From Lepidodermella squamata (Eukaryota > Animalia > Gastrotricha), in the NCBI GenBank assembly GCA_047495785.1, contig JBLDXI010000003.1, positions 1,054,001 to 1,118,000 of the forward strand: a DNA stretch of 64,000 nucleotides. The letters run 5' to 3'. The notes beneath the pieces were generated by a model that worked only from the letters and a program-made list of their open reading frames with translations, did no database searches and had not been told where the DNA came from. Positions 25,685 through 35,641 of this stretch are shown here, piece after piece. A program made the translations under genes and the position numbers. Numbering within the stretch: position 1 is the first letter of the stretch; every line of letters starts with the position of its first letter.

Positions 25685-26892
25685 TTGATACAAATCCTGG
25701 CGGCCAACGATCTTCCTTCAGATTTGCATCATACTTCTCGTGACGTGGAAGGTACTGACGGAGAAGACACTTTTGAAGTCGTTGAAATGCCGTCTCAAAA
25801 TGAGAAACATGAAGTTGTAAGCATGTCGGTGTTAGGAGTCGATCTCTCTCATCAATCTCAAACGATTCGATTTGCATTTCTCTGCGTAATTGTCTTCTTT
25901 TTCTTCCTGGGCTACGGCTATTTACAGGTAATTGCTTAGACTTATTGAATTTTTGATTAACTTTCGCGCTGTTTCAGGAGTTGTTCTTCAGTTATCCTGC
26001 TTTTCGACCTCATGGCTGGTACCTAACTTTGGTCATGTTCTTGTTTTACACCCTTTTCGGATTAGTCGATTGCATTTTATTCTCTGGCAATCCTTTGAAG
26101 AAAATGCACATTCCTTTGAGAAGTTACTGCATTTTCGCCTTACTTCAAGTCGCAACAATGGGTTTGAGCAATCAATCAGTCGGTTATTTGAACTACCCGA
26201 CCCAAGTCATGTTCAAATCTGCAAAGCTGCTCCCTGTTCTCGTTGGATCTGTAATAATTCAGCAGAAGAAGCCGCCAGTTGCTGAATGGATTGCGGCTGT
26301 TTTTATGTCAATCGGAATCGCGTTATTTCTGCTAGCAGATGTTCAATTAGCCCTGCCAATTTTTCACCCTATCGGTGTTTTGCTAATATGCTCGGCTCTA
26401 TGCGCTGACGCCATTATTGGAAATGTCCAAGAAAAAGCAATGAAGAAATATGCAGCGCCCCCGGCTGAAATTTTGCTATTCACCTATGGCATCGGAAGTA
26501 TTTTGCTGATTTTTGAGCAAATCGCCACTTTTTCGTTGTTTGATAGCCTTACATTTGCGAAGGAAAATTTCTTCGAAGCTCATTCTATCGCATTTGGACT
26601 CGCAACTTGCGGTTTCTTGGGTCAACTAGCTGTGCTAGGCCTTGTGAGATTTTTCGGCGCGTATATCGCCGCAACTGTTACCACAGCGAGGAAAGCTGTA
26701 ACTATTGGGTTGTCATTTTTGCTCTTCACAAAGCCGTTTTCCTTCCAATACGTTGTCGGCTTTCTCGTGTTTTCTTTCGGAGCTTACATCCAAACGAATG
26801 CTAAATCGATTTCTGAACAAATTATGAGATATATTGCGGTCTTGTTGAGGCCTAAACGATCTTACGATAAGGGAGAAATTTCCGCTGTCTGA
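25685..26892 (+). CDS. SLC35B3: PAPS transporter 2 (nucleotide-sugar transporter family); start codon uncertain
   Basis: GYGYLQ|ELFFS, GWYLTLV, MGLSNQSVGYLNYPTQVMFKSAKLLPVL, DAIIGNVQEKAMK, TVTTARKAVT, FTKPF. Confidence 0.9.
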
Positions 26893-27034
26893 TATTATTG
26901 AATTATTTTATTTATTGGTTTCGGTTTTTCTGGAACTGGAAAAATTGATGACGTGAAATAAATTATTTACTGCCTAGTTTTTCTTAAACAATTTATCCTG
27001 TGGTATTTTGGTTGGAAGCTGGCACAAATCGATA

Positions 27035-27554
27035 ATGGGTAAGATAATTTTACTAAGCTAAATAACTAAATTTTGAAATAAATTGTGAAAATACGCTTAT
27101 TTAATCTGCCAATTTCACGAAAAATTATTTGAAAATAGTTGCAGAACAATTTTTGCTGAGGGAATATTTTTTACATTTATTTATAAATTTGATTTTTTCA
27201 GATGGTGACAAGCAGAGAATTTTGGAGGAATTGGAGCAGCAGAAGCGTTCGATGCTCCAAGGCATGGATTCGCTGCCCATTGCATCTAAACCTCGGCCGA
27301 CAATAGGCATGCCGAATATGCCAATGTCGGTGCCTCCATCGAATCAACCACCTGTTGCGCCTCGAATTTCGTCATCAGGCCGGGCAGTTATGATTCAACC
27401 GTTCGACTTGCAGCCTAATATGAAACCGTCTGATAAAGCTCAATTGCAGCAGGTTCTTCAAGGCTCGCCAGCGTATTTCATCGCGACAGATTCAACGGCC
27501 GGGAACAATTGCCTGCCTGTTGCGCCGCGTTTCAATGTCAAGACTGATCTTTAA
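27035..27554 (+). CDS. INIP: SOSS complex subunit C (exons 27035-27038, 27202-27554)
   Basis: ATG-G micro-exon, then KQRILEELEQQKR and C-terminal AYFIATDSTAGNNCLPVAPRF, matching the remembered SOSS-C motif YFITQDSxFGNLILPVLPR. Confidence 0.8.
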
Positions 27555-28190
27555 TTGAAAAATGTATAGTATTATTTGGATCAATTAATTGATTTATTGT
27601 GATTGCTCATCTTTGCGGACAACTATCGATAACAATCGTCATTGACATGGCGATTTTCGTGATATATGAATTATGTTTCTCGTTGTTTTACACGCGCAAT
27701 GAATGACTTGTTTTTCTATGAGAGGAAATTTGAAAATAAAACGAGGTAATATAAGTCTGAAAATAAAATAACACAATTGAATTTTTTGTTTCTTGTTTTA
27801 GAAGCTTTAGCATGGAATTTCGGAGACTTTAAGCAGCAAGTCATCAGAATGCATTGCAGCCAGAAAATAAATTCTCATTTTAATTTCAAAATCAAGCAGG
27901 AAAGGAAATTTGAAGAACGAATTTGATAAATTCGAAAAAATTCGAAGTATCTTTGCGAAGCCAATTATGGTGCGGAAAAGCTTTTCGGAAATTTGAGGCA
28001 TTAGAGATTACAGTTCCTTATCTCTCTGTGATGTCCCACAAATAACGCGTTATTTGGGTTTTTGAGTCCTACAAAGGATCCAAATTTCCAATATTTTATG
28101 ACTTCTTGAATTATTGTTAAGAATTTAGCGATTGCAGTCGGTAATGTTATTATTTTTCTAATTTGATAGGGTGGGTTGAAAATAGTAGAT

Positions 28191-29503
28191 ATGGCAGCTC
28201 CCGGTTCCGCACAAGATCGGCGGCAACTTATGGCAGCCATAGAGGCGATAGTCATGCAAATAATTCACGAAATCTCCAGAAAAGAACGACCTGTTTTATC
28301 GATTCGAAGCATTGAAAGAAACGACCCGCGCCAGGAACACGTTGAAAAAATCCAGATGTGCCATTTAAAATCTCGCAGAAAATTTGGTACAATTTTTCAC
28401 AATTATTTTCCCAAATATTTCTGAAATTTAAAATTTCCAGCTGTGGTCTTGAAATTACTGGATGAAATTCACGGTTTATTGGAGACGAATACCATTGCAA
28501 CAAAGCGTGACTTGTTTTATCGAGACGTGAATTTCTATGAGACTCAGGAGACTGTAGATCGAAATCTCGACACAATAACCAGACTGCTGGAAGTTCCACG
28601 GTGGCGCCTTAACGTTACAGCTACTGCGAAAGGCCTCATTGTTGGCGATCTGACGTTTCTGGAGGGTGAAAATGGAACTTTTGTCGATTGCTCGGCATCG
28701 GGTCGAACTGGAGTGGCTATTCCGAGTCGCGTTCACGAACTTCGAGACCTTCGAACTCGAGCTAATTTCGTTCTACTTGTCGAAAAGGTCAGCAAACTAA
28801 TTTTCGAAAATTTCACGAATTTTTTAATTTAATCAAATTATTAATTTTTTATTCAAAATTTAAAATTAAAATTTCGGATGTCATCATTTTGTTTATTTTT
28901 TATTATCAGGATGCGATTTTTCAAAGGCTGATTGATGAGAATTTTGTGGAGAAATTTGACCGGAAAGGTCTTCTGGTGACCGGTAAAGGGTATGCCGATT
29001 ATGGGACTCGGCAGTTGCTGCGACGGCTTCGCTACGACCTTGATCTACCCATTTTTGCGCTCATGGATGCGGATCCTCATGGCCTGGATATCTACGTTAC
29101 ATACAGATTCGGAACTTCGGTAATTTTTCAAATTTTCACTTCAATTCTAGTGAATTTTTCCCCAATTGTTTAGTCGACTTTGTTCAACGAGCAGCTGATA
29201 GTTCCTGATTTGAAGCTGATCGGCGTTCTACCCCACGAAGTTTCATCGCTTCCCGTCGCAGCTGATCAGTTGATCCCGTTGACAGCAACAGAGCGTAACC
29301 TCTTAGCGAATCTAAGCCAAAGAGTTGGAAACGACCCGCAGTTGCTGCGCCAAATCGAATTTTTGCAACAGGGCGGTGTGAAGATGGAAATTCAAGGGCT
29401 GTACACGCTGGGCGACCGGTATCTGATTGACAAGTATCTGGCTAATAAAATTGTCCAAAGCTTGCAAGATCACAAGATTAACAAAAACAGACGACTTGTG
29501 TGA
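28191..29503 (+). CDS. SPO11: Meiotic recombination protein SPO11 (4 coding exons)
   Basis: TKRDLFY (catalytic Tyr), ATAKGLIVGDL, TOPRIM LLVEK|DAIFQRL, TGKGYAD, DADPHG, KMEIQ. Confidence 0.93.
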
Positions 29504-30579
29504 TTTTTTAAGACAAAATGTTGATTTTTCATTGATTTTGTTACGATTCGATACTATTTACTCGAAATAAATAATCTGGCAACTATGAAACGTACTTAAC
29601 ATGAGGATGATGGTGAGGATATAGGATTTCAAGATAGGATTCGTCCTAAGATCCTTGACCCAGGAAGCGCTTGAATTCGAGCGGTCATTCGTGCAGGAAA
29701 AGTGTTTCTGCATTCTGTGAGCCATCCAAGATTCCTTATATGTTGCCGCCCTAACTCGAGCGCAGGATCGACTTTCTTCAGCTCTAATACTCTCTGGTTA
29801 GACGTCATCAGCAGGTCAGATCAACTATCTTGAAGATTGCCCATACCTCGAAATAATCTTTCTAATCGTTTTCTAGTAGAATAGCTTGTGTATTTCTTAG
29901 TAACCATCACTTTTAAGTTGGTCAACGCGGTTTTTCATTTTTGGTGGCTTGGCATGCATTTTTCGGGTTTTTTCGGGTTTTTTCGGGTTTTTCGGCTAAA
30001 GTAAGGGAATTTGCGAAGAGACTACTGTATATACATCAGTTAGACGATAAAGCAGGAAAAAGCTGGTGTTGCCGCCCTATCTCGAGCATATCGGTCGGCT
30101 TTCTGATGCCATACTTCGACGTTTCAACCCGTTGTAGTCGCATTCCTTCGTGAGCCGTCATATGAGGTCCATGCATGAATTTTAGGCATTGTTTAAATAT
30201 GCATATAGCTTTAATCGTGTTGAAACACACTCCGTTAGGCGCATTCAGGTTTCAGCCGCTGCTACTCGTTTCCAGCGGCCGCGTTAGGGCAGAAGTTTGA
30301 AATCTCATGTTTTTGCTATGGATGCTTATTCTTCGATTTCTCCGGGACGCGTTATATTATTGTGATTCATTGCGTCGTACATCAATCGAATAGTTTTACC
30401 ACTAGAAAGATATACAAGAACGTAAAATCTATGCGAGCAGTCTTTTAGTACTACTAGTGTTTTAGGATTTATTACATATTGAAACAAATAATTCCAACTT
30501 GCAGGTTGCTAAATAGTACAGTCTTAAGATGTAGCATACTAATGTTGCTTGCCGCAAAAATTCAACAGCAATGCTCATT

Positions 30580-31485
30580 TCAACAGCAGTCCCTAAGTAT
30601 GTTGACAACATCCCTGTAACCGTACTGTGCAGCATACCCTATTGGAATAGTCGCATTCTCATCATAGACCCAATTTTGTGCATGCGCTTCCACATAAAGC
30701 AACTTCGCCATTTCGAAATTGCCGTTTCTTGCAGCTGCATGCAAAGCCGTCTCCTTCCTTTTATTAATCGCATTTTTATCGACACCAGACTTCAGCAGGA
30801 TCCTCGCTATATCAACGTAATTGCCCCTGGCCGCCAGAATCAAAGCAGTATTTCCGTTGGCATCTCGAGCAGTGGCATTGGCTCCCATATCAATCAGAAG
30901 ACGAACAACGTCTGTGAAACCACGTTCGGCTGCGCTAAGCAACGCCGTAGATCCTAGCGCATTCCTCGCATTCAAATTCGCACCCCGTTGCAACAGAAGC
31001 CTGACACTTATGATATTTCCGTTGCCCGCAGCGAGAATGAGCGCTGTTGAATTATCTGAGCTCAAGTCTTCTAAACTGGCATTGCAGGCAAGCAATCGCC
31101 TCACACAATGCCGTTGACCGTTGTGGGCAGCCCACATCAGGGCGGTCCAGTTGTTGCTGAAATACCGGCTGTTCGGGTCGGCGCAGTCATTTAGCTGCTG
31201 TATCACAACGGATTCGTCGCCAACTCTTGCAGCTTCGATCAATTGTGACGAAAACCGCTTGACCGTCTTATTGCATCGGCAGGAAAGCGGCTCCTGCAAG
31301 CCTTCAGAAATCTGATGCGGGGAAATCAACAATATTTATCTTCACCATATTAATCAACTCACCCAATCCATTGCCGCATCGTTAGTATTGTTTGACAGGC
31401 CTGAATTTCCCTGATCTGAATTCAGATAATCTGCTGCTGAGATGCTAAAACCGCAAGCTAGCAAAATACACAGTTTGAAGAACAT
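30580..31485 (-). CDS. Ankyrin-repeat protein with predicted signal peptide (exons 31485-31363, 31311-30580)
   Basis: About 7 ankyrin repeats (TALMWAA, TALILAA, TALLSAA, TALHAAA). Exon 1 MFFKLCILLACGFSISA... joins in frame via GTGAGT...CAG. Confidence 0.8.
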
Positions 31486-32078
31486 TCTGGACGGCTAAGC
31501 CTTTTTAAGATGCAGAACTTGAACGAATTCCCTGATGTTTAAATACAGGTTGATGGAATTTAAATATGCGAAAAGTATTTTGACGTGAAGGCTCTGTGTT
31601 TATTGAAACTCCGCATAATTACATTATTTTCGTGATTCAATTTGACGCCGCTGTTAATTAGTAAAAAATTCTTTAGTCTTCAAGAAAAACTCGTCAGTTA
31701 TGTAAAAGGTTGCAGCAAAAATGTTCAGCTTTATGTGTTACGGAGAACGCTCGGGAATTTCAGCTAGCTGAAAAAAATGTGAGCAGCTCCTACGATTCCA
31801 AGAATGGGTCGAATGGGCGCCTGCCCCAATATTCAACATTTTCGGAAAATTGAGTTAGGACTATTTTTATTCATCAATATTTGACAAGCACTGGGCCCAA
31901 ATTGTTTTTGTCTGAAGCACGTTAAAGCTGATAAAGTTGATTATGTGGTTAAGCTTGAAAATGTTTTCCACTTCCCAGAATACGAATGAGTCGAATTCAA
32001 AATATGCAGAGGTTTAATACGAGTTAGGAAGCGGCCATATCGATTCATCGGGAAATCATCCTAAGCGCCTCAAAAGCG

Positions 32079-33236
32079 TCAAATTTCTTTGCCGTCAATA
32101 AACCAATATTCTTGACTAAGAGCGAATTTCTCCATTTCAGCAGCATGTTCGACGTCTTTGTGGAGGCTCTTCGCCAACACGGTGAGGCCAACGCCGCGGA
32201 ACAATGTTGGGGATAACAGTGACGATTTCTCAACCACAGAATCAAAAAAGCTCTTCGGCGCTCCAGAAATAACAGGGTCAGAATAGAAAAACAACACCTC
32301 GGCTTTGCCGTGAAGGTCATTGACTACTGCAGCTATGAGAGCATCAAAAAGAGCTGAAACGTCCGTAATATCAGCTTCAGACGAAGATTTAGTCTCGAAT
32401 ATCACGGGTAAAACATTTCGAGTCCTCATTGGTTGGCCGTATGATACTGGTTTTTCGAAAATTCTCGGCAGAATGTAGTTCAAAGCTGTGAACAACATTT
32501 CTGTGGCTTTGTAGACCATAGGTACGGAGACAACTGTCAAAGTTGTTGGGGCATTGGCTATCACAACTTGGAGAGATAATCCATTCTTCGAGACCCCATA
32601 GATCGTACTATCAAACTGGTAATCGTCACTTGGAAACAAGAAGCTGGTGGAGAAACGTGATTTGATGAAATTATTCGCTTCAGGCGGTTCCATTCGAGTA
32701 ATTTTGTAACCGTCACGCTCCAGTTCCTCGTCACTTGGTACCAACGCCTTGAGGTGGCCGATATTCAAAGCAGGAGATTTCATCGTCGCAATGTGCTTGA
32801 AGCTGAATTTGTTGATCCAAAGCCGCTGAGCAGGCACGTTGTCACTTGTTGTGACCAGATAGGCAAATGTAACCCCTTGATCTTGCAGTATCGACTCGAC
32901 TTTGTATTGCAGTTGCATGGCTACTTTTGCGCGACGGTACTCAGGTAGAACGCGCATGGTGTGTATGTAAGCCACTTTCTCCAGCTGGTTCTGTCGCCAG
33001 AAAGACGCCTCCTTCACACTAGTACTCACTGCACCAACGACCGCGCCATTTTTCTCAGTGTCTTCCACAAGTAGTACTGTTGTGTTTGGGAATTTTTCGT
33101 GTCGTGGAGGGTGAGTGGGGTAGCAAAATTGCACGCCTGTTCCTTGTGCACAGTCGCGTTCAAGGCGGGCAAGTGCCTCCAAATCAGTGGCATTTTGCTT
33201 TCCCAGAAGCCGAATGATAAATCTTGTTGAGGACAT
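32079..33236 (-). CDS. Intronless GNAT N-acetyltransferase, HOOKLESS1(HLS1)-like, 385 aa
   Basis: AYIHTMRVLPEYRRAKVAMQL (motif A), AYLVTTSDNVPAQRLW (motif B), N-terminal LERDC, long C-terminal extension ending FIDGKEI. Confidence 0.75.
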   Translation of the reverse strand: MSSTRFIIRLLGKQNATDLEALARLERDCAQGTGVQFCYPTHPPRHEKFPNTTVLLVEDTEKNGAVVGAVSTSVKEASFWRQNQLEKVAYIHTMRVLPEYRRAKVAMQLQYKVESILQDQGVTFAYLVTTSDNVPAQRLWINKFSFKHIATMKSPALNIGHLKALVPSDEELERDGYKITRMEPPEANNFIKSRFSTSFLFPSDDYQFDSTIYGVSKNGLSLQVVIANAPTTLTVVSVPMVYKATEMLFTALNYILPRIFEKPVSYGQPMRTRNVLPVIFETKSSSEADITDVSALFDALIAAVVNDLHGKAEVLFFYSDPVISGAPKSFFDSVVEKSSLLSPTLFRGVGLTVLAKSLHKDVEHAAEMEKFALSQEYWFIDGKEI

Positions 33237-33585
33237 GTCATGTGGTTTTCCGGTTTGATAATCTTTAGAGTGGAGGGTGTAAAGCTCACTGCTGCATTCT
33301 CTCGCCCTTTTTATCTACCCACTATTTGATAAGCGAACTTTCGCAGCTTGCTTTAGCTTATTCATTAAAGAGCAGCGTTCTGTGGTTTAGTTCATCGCAC
33401 GCTGAATCAACAAGGCTAAGTTTGGAGTAGACCCGTCTTGATGGGTTTGCAAAGGACAATGCAGTCGTTGTTAGTTTGTTATTGGCAATTTTATTAATTT
33501 GAACCGATCTAACTTGCTTGACGGTTCGCTAATGAGCTTTTACTAATGATGGTGACAGTTACGCCTTCAAAATTCCAATGTGGGG

Positions 33586-33592
33586 TATAAAA
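33586..33592 (+). promoter_or_regulatory. TATA box of the secreted cationic protein gene
   Basis: GGGGTATAAAA about 90 bp upstream of ATG 33679. AATAAA at 34204-34209 after the stop. Confidence 0.55.
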
Positions 33593-33678
33593 CAGCAAGC
33601 GACTACAGTTGAAATTCATCCGCAATCAATTCTACCATTGTAATAAGCTCTTTTCCAATTGAATCCTCTACCATCAAA

Positions 33679-34164
33679 ATGCGTGCTATCCTCGCAATCG
33701 CAGCTATTGTTCTACTCGGACTCGGTAGGTTGCTCAATCGATTCCAGAAAACTCTGTAATCCAATGAATATCACACCGTTTTAGCCTACACCGAAGCTAA
33801 GGTCTGGAATGTCGAGTCGAAGGAGATGCACCGCAACTACCACAAGAGCGTCACTGCTTCGGTGAGCCGATCCTTCGAGAATAAGAAGGCTTTCGCCAAG
33901 GGACGTGCCTTCCCGATGAAGAAGCGCCACGGCAAGAAGTTCGGCCGCAAGATGAACAAGCGCCGTGGCTCCTACTCGAAATCAGTCTCTGTTTCTGTAT
34001 CGGTCTCCGGTAACAAGCGCAACTATGGCCGCAAGTTCGGCCACGGCAAGAACAAGAAGGCTGGTTTCAAGTTCGGCAACAAGTTCGGCTACAACTTCGG
34101 AAAGGGCAAGGGCAACAAGAAGGGTTCGTACTCCTACAGCAAGTCGGTCAGTGGCTCATACTAA
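33679..34164 (+). CDS. Secreted Lys/Gly/Ser-rich cationic repeat protein, 141 aa (exons 33679-33724, 33785-34164)
   Basis: Signal peptide MRAILAIAAIVLLGL|AYTEA spliced in frame. Strong C/G third-position codon bias, TATA box and polyA signal. Confidence 0.85.
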
Positions 34165-34356
34165 AAACTTTCATTCTGATGTATTTTCCATTCAAATGTG
34201 ACGAATAAAATAATAATCAGTTAGATCCAGGTTTTTTGGAAATAATACGGTCTTCCTGTTCCAAAATACTAGAAATCAGAGGGTCAACTTTAGCTGAATA
34301 CCAACATAGAATGACTTTTGATCACGGCTCTTTATTCTAACTCAAGTTAATTCACG

Positions 34357-35423
34357 TCATGCTATCGAGGCTCGTTGCATGAAAGCAGGCATGTCTTGGT
34401 CTAATCTTGCATCGGGTAATTCGGCGTTTTCGAACCTAGCAGGCGCAGGTAATTGACTACCGGGTGGGAAATCGTCCTTATAGCCATGCTCTTTTTGAAG
34501 CCGTTGGATCTCCTGTTTGTAACGCACAAGATGAACATCGATGTAATCCTGGGCCTCCCTTAGTTGCTCTTCGAGAATGGCGTTTCGAGCAACCAATTTC
34601 GCACGCTCTTCCTCAAGTTTCTGCTGCGTATTCATCGTAAATTCATGAAGCTTTTTCTGCAAAACTGCCATTTGGCCGCCGTCACCAGCAGCCCCAGCCT
34701 CGACAGCTCGCAGATGCATTCGAGTTTTCTCCAAATCGGCTTTAGCAAGAGCTAACTCATCACCAAGTCGAACATTTTCCCTAGCCAACCTCGTTTGCAG
34801 CTCGCGGTCGGAGATGATCATAGTGCTTTCATCAGGTCCCAATTCGATATCAGCGATTTCCAGTTCAGCAACTTGCTGCCTAAGGTTCCGATAAGCAATC
34901 AATAGACCTTCATGTTGCCTTGCAATGTTGACAGTTCGATTTTTGAAGTCTTGAGCCGCTTTGCTGAGCTGTTCTTCACGCTTTCGATGCGAGTCATGCA
35001 AGTCGTTAAGCATTCTTTTCACATATCTACGCAAGATTCTCTCATTCTTCTCGCGGTTGTGCGAACCCTGGTTGCCGTCGACGTAGCCAGCGATGTCGTC
35101 AATATATTGCGTTAAACGATCTTGGTATTCGGTGTTCAGGTCTTTGAATTTGTGCTGCAAATGGTTAAACTGGCCTTCGAAGGAATCCCGTTCAGTTTTA
35201 CAGGCGGCAAGTTCCTAGCTGGGTATACATTTTAAATACGGGAAAGTCAATACTGTCAACCTACGGCGTTGATGGTAGAAACTTCTTGCCGCTTGTCTCG
35301 CAGCTTTTTCCGAGTAGAGGTTAGTTCATCTCGAAGCTTTGTGATAGCTTCCTCCCATTTCTTTTGCTGCTCGCTCCACTCTCGCCTTAGCGTCTCTATT
35401 TCTTGCTTGTAAGACCTGCTCAT
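34357..35423 (-). CDS. Short CCDC78-like paralogue, C-terminal portion only, about 338 aa (exons 35423-35265, 35214-34357)
   Basis: Clear paralogy with the neighbouring gene (LQHKxKDLNxEYQxRL, HExLLxAYRNLRQQ, EFTxNTQxxLEEERAxLVAR). Shared intron position after NA. Open frame. Confidence 0.75.
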
Positions 35424-35641
35424 TTTCCAACTATTAGGAATGCACCAGAAAATCTCAGTGCTTCGAATGCGGACCTCAATGGCTATTCATCATCATTGAC
35501 AACGCATTGAAAAACGAACACCTTTTCATGCAACGAAAACTTTATTCAAAGTAGACTTGTAAAATTTTCAGCAGTGCCATAAAGTTAAAGTAATGGAAGC
35601 TCATTTTGAAGCTAAAGGAATTCGGAAGATCACATATTTTA

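Noticed and set aside
29958-29995. (TTTTTCGGG)n short repeat, superficially telomere-like
   Set aside because: Only 3-4 units; more likely a transposon subterminal repeat or microsatellite.
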